This document shows positions 26,979-40,857 of a DNA stretch of 64,000 bases, piece by piece. Source of the stretch: Malacoraja senta (taxonomy: Eukaryota); assembly GCA_038087875.1 (NCBI GenBank), contig JAXLNO010000038.1, positions 1 through 64,000 on the forward strand, read 5' to 3'. Every line of letters begins with the position of its first letter. Position 1 is the first letter of the stretch. The notes under the pieces were generated by a model. It was given only the letters and a program-made list of their open reading frames with translations. It did not search any database and was not told the origin of the DNA. The position numbers and the translations under genes are program-made.

Positions 26979-28536
26979 AAAAATAATCAGATGTTGTTCC
27001 ACAACTTCACCGTACGGTAAACGATCCATTTAACAATAATAGCACTTGAAAACAGTTCAACTCAACGTTAACCATTTTGACTTTCATTTTGGGGTTGGGG
27101 TCAGAATGAGATGCAGCATGGAACCGGGCCTTTCAGACCATCCTCGTCACACTAATCTGAGATGAATCTATATTTTTTAATTCTCCCCAGAATCTCAAAC
27201 TCCTTCCAAAGTGTCAGAGGTTATGGGGAGAAGGCAGGGGAATGGGGTTAGGAGGGAGAGATAGATCAGCCATGATTGAATGGCGGAGTGGACTTGATGG
27301 GCCAAATGGCCTAATTCTGCTCCTATCACTTATGACCAAAGTCTACCACTCATTCACACATTCACAGTGGACAACTGACCAACCTACCTGCACGCCTTGA
27401 CATGTGGGAGAAAAATTGAGCTTTCAGAGAAAACACATATGGTCAGGGAGAATGAACAAAGTCCACGCAGATAGCATGCGAGGTCAGGATTGAACCCGAG
27501 TCTTGAGCACTGATGGAGTAGCTCTATGAGGCCGCTACAGTGCTGACCAATTGAAGCTTGCTTTCCTGTCAAATGTTAGCTCAATACACTGAGTTAGTTC
27601 AGCCATATTTTTAGTCTCTTTACTCTCATTCCTGGCAATTCCCAAGTTGATCAGATGTTAAAGAAATATCTGAGGTACTCTTCAATAGTGACATATTGTT
27701 TTCTCGCCCATGCTTGCATTAGGGCGATGATGCTTTTGCAATGGAACAAGCCTGGAGATAATGTGTGGTCAGGTGAATGAAAGATTCTGACATGGCAGGG
27801 TGCCTATGAGAAGAGATGTCGGATTTAATGCTGGTTTAAGAAAAGGGATGAATCATGTGGTAGAGGCTTCATCGGGAGTTTCAGACGGGGAATGTGGCAG
27901 AACAACACATTCTAAACAAACAAGCCACCAGCAGCTAACCCTGTGTGAAAAGTAAAGGTTACTCTGATTAATTGTGTTACACGAACTAAGCAGAAGCTGA
28001 CCACATGTGATGTCAAACACAAAGCATTTTTTCAAAGCGATCGATATTGTATCGATAGAAAGATGAAAGAGATCAGTCTTGGTCAGAATCCTTTTGAAAC
28101 ATTGGATGGTGAAGCACTGTGAAATATTCATTTATCAGGAAATCACTTCCAGGCAAAGAAAGCCTTAATTTGTCTGAGTCCCAGGCTGACATTTAGGATA
28201 TTAGGCAGCTTACTGGATGTATTTTCTTCTACTGCACTCTAAGTGACTTTATTCGGCAGTGAAAACATTAAAACCATAGCAAAAGATAGGAATCGCACCT
28301 GTTTCCACTGTGTGGGTCAATTGTGAACACCCTGCATCTTATCATCAAAAGATTAGATAATGTTATGAAGTGAGATTGAACAAAGAATCTGAAATGTCAG
28401 ACCTGTCCTGTTAGCTTGTGATTCAGGTCTGTTTCTTGCACGACATTGTGTTTGATTGCATCCCTTTGGAGAGTTTCATTATAACATAGCCTTAAGTGAT
28501 TTATTCTCCAGAAGCCTATACTCTCTCATTTTGAAT

Positions 28537-28741
28537 TCAAGTTTCAGGGACATTTCCATTTTGATTTTTCTCATCACCAAGGACTGAAAATTCTTCATTT
28601 CTGACAAGGATGTGCAAGGTAGGACTAAGCCTGTTTTTGTGTGAGACTTCTTGGCATGAAAACGCCTCTGTGCCTTTGGCCCCAGGCATCATAGACGGCA
28701 GAATAGGCTTCCCGTCCATGTGTGTTTCTGCAATCGCTGGG
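28537..28741 (-). CDS. Candidate last coding exon of an unidentified - strand gene
   Basis: Pyrimidine-rich acceptor ...TTTCTCCGTCAG; open frame PAIAETH...NGNVPET*; phase matches the exon at 29759-29852. Confidence 0.4.
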
Positions 28742-29758
28742 CTGACGGAGAAAGCCAAGGAGGGAACAAACTACTGGGGGATAGGTCGAGACAATCAAGT
28801 GTAGAAACAGAAGTGGAAAAAGGAATGATCTGGCTGGAAGTGAAGACATTGGTAGTGAAGCATAGAGGGCTAACAGTGAACAAGCAAGAACACAGAGATA
28901 ACTAGAGAGATATTGCATGGAAACAGATCCTTCGGCCCACCGAGTTCATACTGACCATTAACATTAATCTTACACCAATCTGTATAGGGATAGTCTCGCT
29001 GAGCTTTATGCAAAAAAATGTATTTCACTGCACCTGGTGCACGTGACAATAAAGAGACCATTGAACCATCTAATATGACTTTATTCTCACCATATTGTCA
29101 TTAACTCCCCACAGATTCTACCATTCATCCATACACTAGGGGCAATTTGCAGTGGCCAATTAACCTCTCGACCCACACATCTTTGGGATGTTGGAGGAAA
29201 CCGGAGCACCCAGGGGAAACCCACGAGGTCACAAGGAGAATTTGCAAACCACACAGACGCTACCCAAATTCAGGATTGAACCCAGGTCTCTACCACTGTG
29301 AGATAGCTCTAGTAACTATGCTTCTTACATACTTAAAGAAAAGTTCTTGCCCCACTCTTGCAAGTTCCTTCCCTAGCCCTTTCCCCCAGTTATCTTGCCA
29401 GCATTCCATCAGCCTGCAGAAGGATCCTGGCCTAAAAATCAGATGCTCCACAGCATTCACAGATGCTGCCGGACACACAGTTATTTATCATTACTCAAGA
29501 TTCCAGTATCTGCAGTCTCTTGTGTCTCCATGGTTCAAGGACAGCTGCCCAATAAATAGACAGACACCCCAGACACAGCAACAGAAGGTCATGTAAGGTC
29601 AGTCACCTTCAGCTAACTCCTCAACTCACAATTCAGTGTGAGTGGCTCTGATCTTTCTTGCGTCCCATATCTGAAAAAATTGCACAAGCAGCTAAAAAAA
29701 AAGTGTTTTCAATGTCACTTAACATGCACGCCTCCCTCTGTGTATGTGTATGTCATAC

Positions 29759-29852
29759 CCTGGATTAGTAAAAGTGCGCTTCACACGGAAGCTGCTGTAA
29801 TCACCTTCAGTGAATTGGTCCCAGAGAAAATGGAACCACAACTGTGTACAAT
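29759..29852 (-). CDS. Candidate internal coding exon (CTQLWFHFLWDQFTEGDYSSFRVKRTFTNPG)
   Basis: TTTTTTTTCAG acceptor, GTATGA donor, only one frame open. Confidence 0.4.
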
Positions 29853-30374
29853 CTGAAAAAAAATCCCCAAGTTAGTCACTTCATGGAGAGGTGAATCATC
29901 CAACTGCACTGGTTTGTCTCATAGCTGATGAGTAACACTGTTTATCAGCCACACAATTCCAAATGAATCTGTTGGGTGGATGCAGGGAGTTGAGGGCAGG
30001 ATTAGGAATACATATTACAATGAGAAACCCTAACCATTAAAAATCTGGATTAATATCTCATTTGACATCAACTTGATTTTATCTTTGGATTATCTGTGGC
30101 ACTCAATTTTGTTTCTGTTTTCTTTATTTGGGATTTATGTTTGTGGATTCTGAATTTGTGAACACACGTGTCTAATTGTGTCAAAGCCATCTAACAGACA
30201 CAGGAAAAACAGATCCTGAATTTGCCTGAATAGGGGTTATGACCATTCCCACCCCAGATGCTTCCTAACCTATTGAGTTCTTCTGGCACTTTGTGTTTGG
30301 CTGGTGGTCTCTGTGCTGTCTTTCAGACATGTTGCTATTGGCTGACAAGACTTGACCCCACAAGGTTACAGTTC

Positions 30375-30672
30375 ATAACACAGAGGAGCAGAATTAGGCC
30401 ATTTGGCCCATTGACTCTACTTCGCCATTCGATCATGGCTGACCTGTCTTTTCCTCTCACAGCCATTCTCCTGTAGTCCCCCCATAACCTTTGATGCCCT
30501 TGCTAACCAAGAACCTTTCAATCTCCGTTTAAAAAATTCCCAATGACTTGGCCTCTATCTCCATCTGTGGCAATAAATTCCAAAGATTCGCCACCCTCTG
30601 ACTAGAGAAATTCCTCCTCATCTCCATTCTAGAGGTACGTCCTTTTATTCTGAAGCTGTGCCCTCTGGTCCC
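30375..30672 (-). mobile_element. CR1 3' fragment
   Basis: ORF 30529..30735 (TRGHSFRIKG...RVANLWN). Confidence 0.8.
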
Positions 30673-31731
30673 ATTGTGCATCCAATCCAAGTAGTGCAGG
30701 AACCTTTCATTATTGACCCTGGATGAATGAACCACTTGTTGTGTCCAGGTATACTGGCCCAGGAAATCATTGCTTTTGGTGTGTGAGGCACAAAGGACAA
30801 ATATTTACAGAGATTGGACAACCACTGCCCATCATAAAGGATTTCGCTGGTGATGTGTATTTTCATTCCAGGCTAATATATTACCAGCAACAGACGAACA
30901 GTAAGATGGAGGACAGCATGCAACAAAAATGTTCCACTCTACCTCAGTACACGTGACAACAAACTAAACTAAACTAAAAGAGGAGGGCCATTGGTGATGG
31001 CCATATGGGGTTTGGTGAAGTCAAATGGGACCGGCAAGGGGTTCGGGTCTGAAGTGGAGTAGGTAAGACCATTCCCACATGACCTTACTCCTGTGACATT
31101 CACCTGTTGAATTCAAGGATCCAGGTAAGGTCACATCTTAAACACACTTTGCTGCAAGGAAAGATAGTCACAAAATGCTGGAATAACTCAGCAGGTCACG
31201 CAACATCTCTGGAGAAAATTGATGGATAATGTTTCAAACTGAAGAAGGGTCCCAACCCAAAACATCACCCATCCATTTTCTCCAGAGATGCTGCATGACC
31301 TGTTGAGTTACTCCAGCACTTAGTGTCTGTCTTTGGTATAAACCAGCATCTGCAGTTCTTTGTTTCTACTCTTTACTGGAAAGGAAGTCAGTTTTCACAG
31401 GTGTCCTTAACCTGGCATTTCACCTATTCATTAGACTGAATCCCAAACAGGGGACAGAATTGGGGTGAGCCAATATTCTCTGGAGTTCAAAAGAGCAGAA
31501 AGTAATCTAATTTGTTCCCAGAAGATTCTGAGGGGAATTGATCAGGTAGATGTTGAGGCTGTTTCTTCTGGGTGGAAGGTCAAGGACATGGGGACATTAT
31601 CTCAGGGTAAAGGATAAGGAGCTGAGGAGGAACTCCATTATCCAGAACATTATGAATGTTTGGAATCGCCTTCCCCGAGGTTGTGCGTGCTAAATCACTG
31701 AGAATATTGAAAGCTGAGATGGATGGAAAGG

Positions 31732-31933
31732 CACAAAAAAGCTGGAGTAACTCAGCGGGACAGGCAGCATCTCTGGAGAGAAGGAATGGGTGACGATTTG
31801 GGTCGAGACCCTTCTTCAGACCCGAAACGTCACCCATTCCTTCTCTCCAGAGATGCTGCCTGTCCTGTTGAGTTACTCCAGCTTTTTGTGTCTATCTTTG
31901 GTTTAAACCAGCATCTGCAGTTCCTTCCTACAC
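31732..31933. mobile_element. Fold-back PLE pLTR insertion (an older one lies at about 31161-31370)
   Basis: Inverted arms; TSD ATGGATGGA(A/T)AGG at 31719-31 and 31934-46. Confidence 0.8.
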
Positions 31934-32519
31934 ATGGATGGATAGGGTTTGGGCTCACAAAGCAAGAACGTTCTGGAAGAATCATTTTTACTTTCTGATC
32001 ATTAATCATTGACCACAACTTGAGAAGATGCAAGCAAAGTCCTTTTCTACCTCAAAGTATATCAATTGAATACAATTACCTGGACCCTGGGTGGAGATTT
32101 TACCACCTGGCCTCATGTGCAATGTCCATAGACTAAAACCAACTTCACCAGAAGCTGATGAGCTCAGAGCTCCTCCCCATCACCAATTAAAGGGAATAAA
32201 CTGGCCTTGGAAAGTAAGATCATAAAGGTTTATCTCTATATCAGTTGGTTTATTTTGTGTGAAAAAAGTGTAAAATCAGAGTAATCAGGTGAGTTGCATC
32301 CTGAAGCAGTATTAGATCTAGTTAGATGGAGGTTGAAGTAACATTTGAGAGTTAGAAGCTGTATAAGAGTACAAAAGATGCAGCATATCATAATTCTTCC
32401 ATTATGTGATGTTATTTATACATTTTTACTCTAGATGAGTTTTAGTGTTGTTACAAACAGAAAGGGAGCTGAGTTGAGCTGCAGTGAGTTTTGGCTAATT
32501 GGCCTGGGTTAGGATCGGA

Positions 32520-32925
32520 CAGGTCATAAGGTCATGTGATAGGAGCACAATTAGGCCATTCGGCCCATCAAGTCTATTCCACCATTCAATCATGGCTCTC
32601 CCTCCTAACCCCCTTTTTCTGCCGTCTCCCCATAACCCCTGACACCCGTGCTAATCAAGAATCCATCTATCCCCACCTTAAAAATATCCATTGACTTGTC
32701 CTCCACAGCTTTCTGTGGCAAAGAATTCCACCGATTCACCGCCCCCTGACTAAAGAAATTTCTCCTCATCTCCTTTCTAAAGAAACATAATTTAATTCTG
32801 AGGCTCTGGCCTCTAGTCCTAGACTCTCCCACATCCACCCTATCCAAGCCTTTCGCTATTCGGTAAATTTCTGTGAGGATCCCCTTCATCCTTCTAACCT
32901 CCAGTGAGTATAGGCCCAGTGCCGT
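32520..32925 (-). mobile_element. CR1 3' fragment
   Basis: ORF 32605..32889 and tail. Confidence 0.85.
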
Positions 32926-33998
32926 AATAAGTAACGGGTTGGACTAGCCCCGTCTTTGCGAACACCAATGGGTATCAGAATTAATTGTAAAAGTAGAGCC
33001 ACTTGCGAATTCATAATCGTTGTCAGAAAATTGCTCAGAATATAAAAGATCCCAGGACAGAAAGAACTATATTTAATTATTAGGATGAAAAAATGTATTA
33101 CTTAAGGCTTTCCCAAATTAACTTTGTGTACGAAGGAACTGCAGATGCTGGTTTAAACCGAAGATAGACACAAAATGCTGGAGTAACTCAGCGGGACAGA
33201 CGGCATCTCGGGTGAAAAGGAAGGGGTGACGTTCCGGGTTGAGACCCTTCTTCAGACCGATGACAGACTTTGTGTACAGTATTCCATATGCTGAAATATG
33301 AAATAGGGTCTTGCCTTTGGAATATGTACAACTTTGAAGATATCAAAACATTTAGTTATGGAACAAAACGGAAAATGCTGCAAATACCCAGCAGGTCAGG
33401 CAGCATCTGCAGGGACAGAAATGAAGTTAGTGTTTCAGGTCACTGGAAAAGGGAGAAATAATTTGCGTTCAAAGTTACTAGTGAGCAGGAGGGCAGGAAG
33501 AACAGAGGAATATCTGAGATAGGATGGAGACCAAGGTTGTTCAGGTAAATTGTTTTAGCTACCATCCCGTTAATAGATGAGTGAAAACATTTAGAGGGGG
33601 TTGCAGGAAAGAATTGTGAGGTGCAGAATGCCGCAGTTGCTGCTAATCTGAAATAAAGGAGCTTGTTGGAAATACTGGACAGGCCAGAAGCATCAGTGAA
33701 GAGATGAAATCGCTGGATAAACCTACACTGGAACTGGCCAAACAAGAATGGATGCCTGAAAGTGTTGACTGTAAAGTGTGTAATATGAAGAGCTGTTAGC
33801 CTTTCCTGTTTATGTCAGGCATATTTATTTACCCAAGACCAATTAATATGTACTTTTCCTTGGCAAAACCTCCGTTGTTCCAAAATCTTTAAATGATAAT
33901 ATACAAATCTCATCTCGTGCAAATCCACAATCACCCTGTAATGCTACTTAAAAACCTGGACTAACACGGAAACATTAACACAATATGTTGTGTCATGA

Positions 33999-34299
33999 AG
34001 GGCCTGTCCCACTTACGCGACTGCTGGCACCCGTGATAGGTCGCCGAAATTTTCAACATGTTGAAAATTCAGCGGCGACCAGAAAGAAGCTACGACTCTT
34101 TGGAGACCTCTCACGACCATAGGAGACCTCTCACGACCGTACAGGCGACCTCTGGCGACATGTCACGGGTGGCCTCTCACGACCATAGGAGACCTCTCAT
34201 GACCATACAAGCCTGTATGGTTGAAATGTTGAAAATTTCGGCGACCAATCACAGGTGCCGGCAGTCACCTGCAAAGGTCGCGTAAGCATGACAAGCCCT
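33999..34299. mobile_element. PIF/Harbinger-type MITE
   Basis: AGGGCCTGTCCCACTTACGCGAC ... GTCGCGTAAGCATGACAAGCCCT; flanks TGA and TAA. Confidence 0.75.
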
Positions 34300-35002
34300 T
34301 AAGGAAAAGAATATGTTACGAAAAATGGGAGGAGTTCAGGTCTAAAATAAGAATTGAAAAGGCTGGAAATATCTGGCAGGTTGGCCAGCATCCATGAAGG
34401 AAGAAGCAGGATTGATGATTTGGGTTGACGATCTTACATCGATAAAGGTGTTAAGTATGGTCAGACTTTTGAGATGCTTCTCAAAACTGGAGAAAGAGGA
34501 AGCCTTACAGACTGTGGAAAATTCCAGAGGACAGAGGTGCAATAGTTGACAGTTGACACTAAACTATTTTGGATTCTGTAAAGGAATCAATTTCTATTTC
34601 AAGTTGAGTGGTTTATTTTGTCTCTAAAGTACAAGAATCTTGTTGGATGCATCTTGTGTGCCTTACCTCAGCCTCAGTTTCTCTGTGCGAGAGTCTGTGC
34701 ATTTCTTTCCAGAGCAGATGGTTACCAAGTTATATTGGCAGGAAGCTGGGAGCAGCTTGCCTGCTAGTCCCCTCTTTTGGGGAATCTGTCATCAGGGAAC
34801 TTAAAAGTGGGAACTGCAAACCTCTTTGGCGAAGGAAAAGATTATATTTATTCCCTTTTAAATTTTCTGTCTTAGCCATCTTTTGCTTAAGGTGGGAACA
34901 TGTGAAGAAGAAGGCAGGGAGAAAGTGAAGTTACCCTCCCAATCAGCTGTGATTGAAGGAATGAGATTCCACGTGACCCTGGGACTTCATACATTAATGC
35001 TA

Positions 35003-36240
35003 CACATAGAAAATATGTGCAGGAGTAGGCCATTCGGCCCGTCAAGCCAGCACCGCCATTCAATGTGATCATGGCTGATCATCCACAATCAGTACCCCGT
35101 TCCTGCCTTCTCCCCATATCTCTTGATTCCGCTAGCCCTAATTCACTTTGAATACATCCAGTGAATCGGCCTCCACTGCCTACTGAGGCAGAGAATTCCA
35201 CAAATTCACAACTCTCTGGGTGAAAACGTTTTTCCTCATCTCAGTTCTAAATGGCCTACCTCTTATTCTTAAACTGTGGCCACTGGTTCTGGACTCCACC
35301 AACGTTGGGAACATGTTTCCTGCATCTAGCGTGTCCAATCCCTTAATAATTTAATATGTTTCTATAAGAATCCCTCTCATCCTTCTAAATTCCAATGTGT
35401 ACAAGCCCAGTCACTCCATACTTTCATCATATGTCAGTCCAGCCTTCCGGGGAATTAACCTTGTGAACCTACGCTGCACTCCCTCAATAGCAAGAATGTC
35501 CTTCCTCAAATTAGGAGACCAAAACTGCACACAATATTCCAGATGTGGTCTCACTAGGGCCCTGTACAACTGCAGAAGGACCTCTGCTCCTATACTCAAC
35601 TCTTCTCGTTATGAAGGCCAACATGCCATTAGCTTTCTTCACTGCCTGCTGTACCTGCATGCTTACTTTCAGTGACTGATGTACAAGGACACCCAGGTCA
35701 TTGCACTTCCCCTTTTCCTAATCTGACACCATTCAGATAATAATCTGCCTTCCTGTTCTTGCCATCAAAGTGGATAACCTCACATTATACTGCATCTGCC
35801 ATGCATCTGCCCACTCACCCAACCTGTCCAAGTCACCCTGCATCCTCATAGCATCCTCTTCATAGCTCACACTGCCACCCAGCTTAGTGTCATCTGCAAA
35901 TTTGCTAATGTTACTTTGAATTCCTTCATCTAAATCATTAATCTATATTGTAAATAGCTGCGGTCGTAGCACCGAGCCTTGCTGCACCCCACTAGTCACT
36001 ACCTGCCATTCTGAAAGGGACCCGTTAATTCCTACACTTTGTTTCCTGTCTGCCAACCAATTTTCTATCCATGTCAATACCCTACCCCCAATTCCATGTG
36101 CTCTAATTTTGCCCACTAATCTCTTGTGTGGAACCTTATCAAAGGTTTTCTGAAAGTCCAGATACACAACATCCACTGGCTCTTCCTTATCCATTTTACT
36201 TGTTCCATCCTCAAAACATTCCAGAAGATTCGGCAAGCCA
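35003..36240 (-). mobile_element. 5'-truncated CR1 LINE
   Basis: RT fragments 35943..36236 and 35411..35599; 3'UTR. Confidence 0.9.
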
Positions 36241-36479
36241 GATTTTGTTTCACAAATATCACGATTGTAGCTGAACTTGAAATATGCAGAGGTGTTATTT
36301 TATTTTAAAATCTCAACATGGTTCTGTGGTTTTCCAGAAAATAGTTAATTGACGAAGCAAATTTGAATGGTGAAGAGCCTGTGTTTATTGTTCTACGAGC
36401 AAATTTGGAATTTGCAAGCAAGAAATCTTCCAGGGATGAAATATAGTTTGATTCATCCTCCTGCATACACTGATCCCAC

Positions 36480-36967
36480 TTCAAGCAACCCTTGCTTTCC
36501 CTCTCTCTCCCCCATCCTAGTTCTCCGACTAGTTCTACTGACCTCCTGATTAAATATTCCTGATTGTGTACCTCGTTGTCACCTTCCCCTCAGCTGACAA
36601 TGAACCATTCCTACATTTCCTTATCATCATCTGCTTTGATCTGTCGTCTTCACACCTTATCCTTCCATATCTCTGGACTCCCTCTCCCCTGACTCTCAGT
36701 CTGAAGAAAGGTCTCACCCTGAAACCTCACCCATTCCTTCTCTCCAGAGATGCTGCCTGTTCTGCTGTGTTACTCCAGCATTTTCTGTCTATCTTCTGAT
36801 TATCTGCTTTTGGGTAGACAAAAATGCTGGAGAAACTCAGCGGGTGAGGCAGCATCTATGGAGCGAAGGAAATTTCCTTCGCTCCGTAGATGCTGCCTCA
36901 CCCACTGAGTTTCTCCAGCATTTTTGTCTACCTTTGTTTTTCCAGCATCTGCTGTTCCTTCTTAAAC
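36480..36967. mobile_element. PLE pLTR (36480-36797, +) followed by a small fold-back PLE (36814-36967)
   Basis: pLTR sequence; TSD ATCTGCTTTTGG at 36802-13 and 36968-79. Confidence 0.8.
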
Positions 36968-37599
36968 ATCTGCTTTTGGATAGTTCATTGTCATTGATTC
37001 ATTATATAATGTGGAATATTTCAAACAATAGAACTGGTTCCCCTCCCAGTGTATGTCGCACTTTATCTGGACTCTGTTAGTAGGCATTTGTCGTAAATAA
37101 GCCGTAGCCATCTGAGCATGATAAAAGAGTACTATTGAATATATTGGATAAGAGAAGAAGGTGCTGATTGTCACACTGATAGCAAACTACATGGAGCTGC
37201 CAAACTCATTCAGCAAAGTATGGTTTATGCTCACTGCTCCTTGTGACACATGGGAGCTGTTTATTGCCTTGTAAATTCAGCAGCTTTCTGGAGCTCTTGT
37301 AAAACAACTGTGAATCACCTGGTTATTAACTTGGAAAGATACCAGGCAGTCGGTTTAAAATGATCAGTTATTCCCTGCAGTTTAGCACCAATCTGTCTGC
37401 AACTTGGTTGCTCCGTCAGTGAGAGATTGACATGCCTGAAATTTCTGGCGTATCCCTGCTTGCTAGAGAAAACGGGGAATACAAGTCACTGTCCAGATCT
37501 ACTATAGATTGAGCAAATCACAAAGTGCTGGATGAATTCAGTTGGTCAGGCATCATCTGCGTTGTGAATGGACAGATGATCATTGGGTAGTGAATGGAC

Positions 37600-37985
37600 A
37601 ATGGGGGGACCTCATTGAAACGCACAAATTAGTGAAAGGCTTGGATAGAGTGGATGTGGAGAGGATGTTTCCACAAGTGGGAGAGTCTAGGACTCGAGGT
37701 CATAGCCTCAGAATTAAAAGACATTCCTTTAGGAAGGAGATGAGGAGAAGTGTATTTAATCAGAGGGTGGTGAATCTGTGGAATTCTTTGCCACAGAAGG
37801 CTGTAGAGGCAAAGTCAGTGGATATTTTTAAGGCAGATATAGATAGATTTTTTATTAGAGATTATGGGGAGAAGGCAAGAGAATGGGGTTAGGAGGGAGA
37901 GATAGATCAGCTATGATTGAATGGCGCAGTAGACTTGATGGGCTGAATGGACTAATTCTACTCCTATCACTTATGACCTTATGAC
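37600..37985 (+). mobile_element. CR1 3' fragment
   Basis: C-terminal motifs in ORF 37542..37892. Confidence 0.85.
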
Positions 37986-38444
37986 GTTTCAGGTCAGATC
38001 AGACTGAAGAAGCATCACCTGTCCATTCCTTCGGCCGATGCTGCCTGACCTGCTGAGTTCCTCCAGCACTTTATGTTTTGCTCATAATTCCAGCATTTGC
38101 AGTTTCTTGTGTCAGTCATAGATTGCCCCAGATCACATTTATTCTGAGTATAGGATAGAGTTGCTGAATCATACAATCGCAGAAGTTTGTAGGACCATTT
38201 ATGAAGGAAGCTATTTGGTCCATTGCGTCCACGCCAGCCAAAAAGGGATTTTTGTTAGAATACCATAACTTCCACACCTGCTATCTGTAGCCTTGTTGAT
38301 TACAGCTCTTCAAATCTTCATCAAGGTTTACTTTAAAATTTAATAATGACTTCTGCACACACCACCCTTTCAAGCAGTGACTTCAAGACCCCTAGAACTC
38401 TTGGGGTGAAAGTCTATTTTAACCCCTTTCTAAATCATTTTAAT

Positions 38445-40700
38445 AATAGTAAGATTAAACGAGAACTTACCAGTTTGAAGTTTGATCTGTATTTTATGAG
38501 GAGTTACGATGAGGGATTACGTGAAGAGCCCGTCCAGCACGCATGCGCGACATTCTTCAAAGCAGCGGTGTGGAATCACAGGAAACACAATAATTGAAAT
38601 AAACATAGTAAAGAAAAGGAGAACTAAGATACCTGTTGATCTATATATTTGAGGGTGGGAGCGGAGGGCACGTAATCCCTCATCGTAACTCCTCATAAAA
38701 TACAGATCAAACTTCAAACTGGTAAGTTCTCGTTTAATCTTACTATTTTACTTCGGAGTCACGTGAGTGACTACGTGAAGATTTTAAAGCTCTGTGATTT
38801 CAAACCGTGTAACAGTTCATACTTCACTCGCTGCCGAAGTCATTCAAGGGAGGAAGTATGTTATCGTAATCAACCATAATCTTTGTAAACAATAATGGTA
38901 TCTATTAAACAATAACAAAAGACAAAATGCTCCCCCGGGCTTAAATTATATATTTTTGCAGATTTTAAAAACTCTTTCTGCAAATAACACAGGTTCTGCT
39001 AGCGGCTTGTGGTAGAACGTTTGGAACGTTTTCTCCATGTTCATTCTTTTAGCCGTCGATGTGGATGCTGCCCTGGTGGAGTGAGATGTATATACATCAG
39101 TATCTACTCCAGCAGCTCCCAGTACCTGCTTGAGCCATCTCGAGATGGTTTGGCTCGACACCCAACCGTGAGGTTTCTTGTGGCTGTCCCATAAGGCTTT
39201 TTTTTTTTTTTTTTTTTTTTCTCTTCTTTTTTTTTTCCCTTTCTCCCTCGAGAATCTCTTGTTGTGTTGATGTAAGTGAATAAGTGAGTCATGACACACA
39301 ACCGTAGGTCAGGTGGGTATGCCCGGAAATCCATAACTAGGACTCAAGTTCCTGGCTTGCTCTGCTTTAGCAGCTCCTGAATGGTGAATGAGACCCGGTC
39401 TGGTGTTATAACCATGTTGTCCAGTCGCAGTAAGTGGAGGGACTGGACTCTTTGTGCTGAGACTAGTAGCATCAGCATGACCGTTTTCAGGGTTAGCTTT
39501 TCCAGGGTGAGAGACCTGGCTGGGGACCATCCCCTTAGGTATGTCAGGACCACACTGACATCCCAGATTTGTGTATACCTAGGTCTAAGAGGGTTGGAGT
39601 TGACGATACTCCTCATGAGTTTGATCACCAGCGGGTGAGACCCTATGGCCTGTTGTCCTGGCACCTGTTTTAAGTAGGCTGACAGCGCACGTCTGGCAGT
39701 ATTGATGGCGCTGTAGCTCAATCCTTCATTATGGTGAAGGCCCCCCAGGAACTCCAGTACATTGGTTATGGTTGCAGATGAGTACGTTGTCCCAGTAGTC
39801 GAGCAGTATCTTTCCCACTTCCTGATGCTCGATAGGTATTGTTTCCTGGTGGACATACGGTGTCATCATGTTGATGGTCCTGTCAGACAATCCCAGTCCC
39901 AGCAGTGGTCTTTTGATAATCTGCAACCCAGTAGGTTAATTTTGGCATGGCATGGATGACTTATGCGTGATACAGGGTGCGTCAATAGGTCTGGGCTACT
40001 GGGAAAGGTCATAGGAGTTTCGATGACCATGTCGAGGACCACTTGGAACCATGGCTGTGTAGGCCAGTTGGTACTATCAAAATACCTGAAGCAGAGTCCA
40101 TCTGTATTTTGCGTAGTACCCTACAGATTAAGGCAGAAGGGGAAAAAGCATAGAAGAAATCTGTCCCCCAGTTCAGCGCGAATGCATCTATCGCTGCTGC
40201 CTCAGGGTGTGGTTCCCAAGGGACATACATTGGTACGTGGTGATTTAGTCTGGATGCAAAGAGATCGATATCTGGTGTGCCATATTGGTTTGTAATTTTA
40301 GCAAAAGCTCTAGGATTTAACATCCATTCGGTGTTTATCATTGAATTTGCGTGACCTGGCACTGTATTTAGCTTACCTGGTAGGTAAGTTGCTGATAGCC
40401 AAATATGTCTATCGACCCACCATTACCAGATTGTGTTGACCCAATTGTCACATGATATCGATTTTATTCCCGTCATATGGTTAATATAGTCCACCACCGT
40501 GATATTATCAATTTGTAAATGAACATGCAAGTTGTGCATATTCCTAGAATATGCTTTAAAACCATAAAACGCACCCAACATTTCCAAATAATTTATGCCC
40601 AGTGTTTGTAGTAAAGACGAGTCTAGGTTAGTCCATCTACCAGCTGTGCTGGATATGGTATTAGTTGCTCCCCAGCCTTGAGCACTGGCATCTGTTTGTA
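38445..40700 (-). mobile_element. DIRS1-like retrotransposon copy 1 (3' half: end of RNase H, methyltransferase-like domain, tyrosine recombinase, ICR, right ITR)
   Basis: YR motifs (SAQRVQSL, HSTRAASTS); PDIDLFASRLN...FYAFSP; 79-bp inverted repeat 38445-38523 / 38669-38747. Confidence 0.9.
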
Positions 40701-40857
40701 GTTAGGCAGAGCAGGCAGTTTCTGCAGGGACAATCAATGTTTAAAGTCAGAAACGTTAATCAGAAATGAGAACGTTTTGATGAAGGATCTTTAACCTGAA
40801 ACATTTACTGTTTTTCTTTCCACAGATGCTGCCTGACTTGCTGAGTTTTGCCAGCAT

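Noticed and set aside
39198..39240. Poly-Lys insertion in the tyrosine recombinase
   Set aside because: Homopolymer expansion or insertion absent from copy 2; it disrupts the frame
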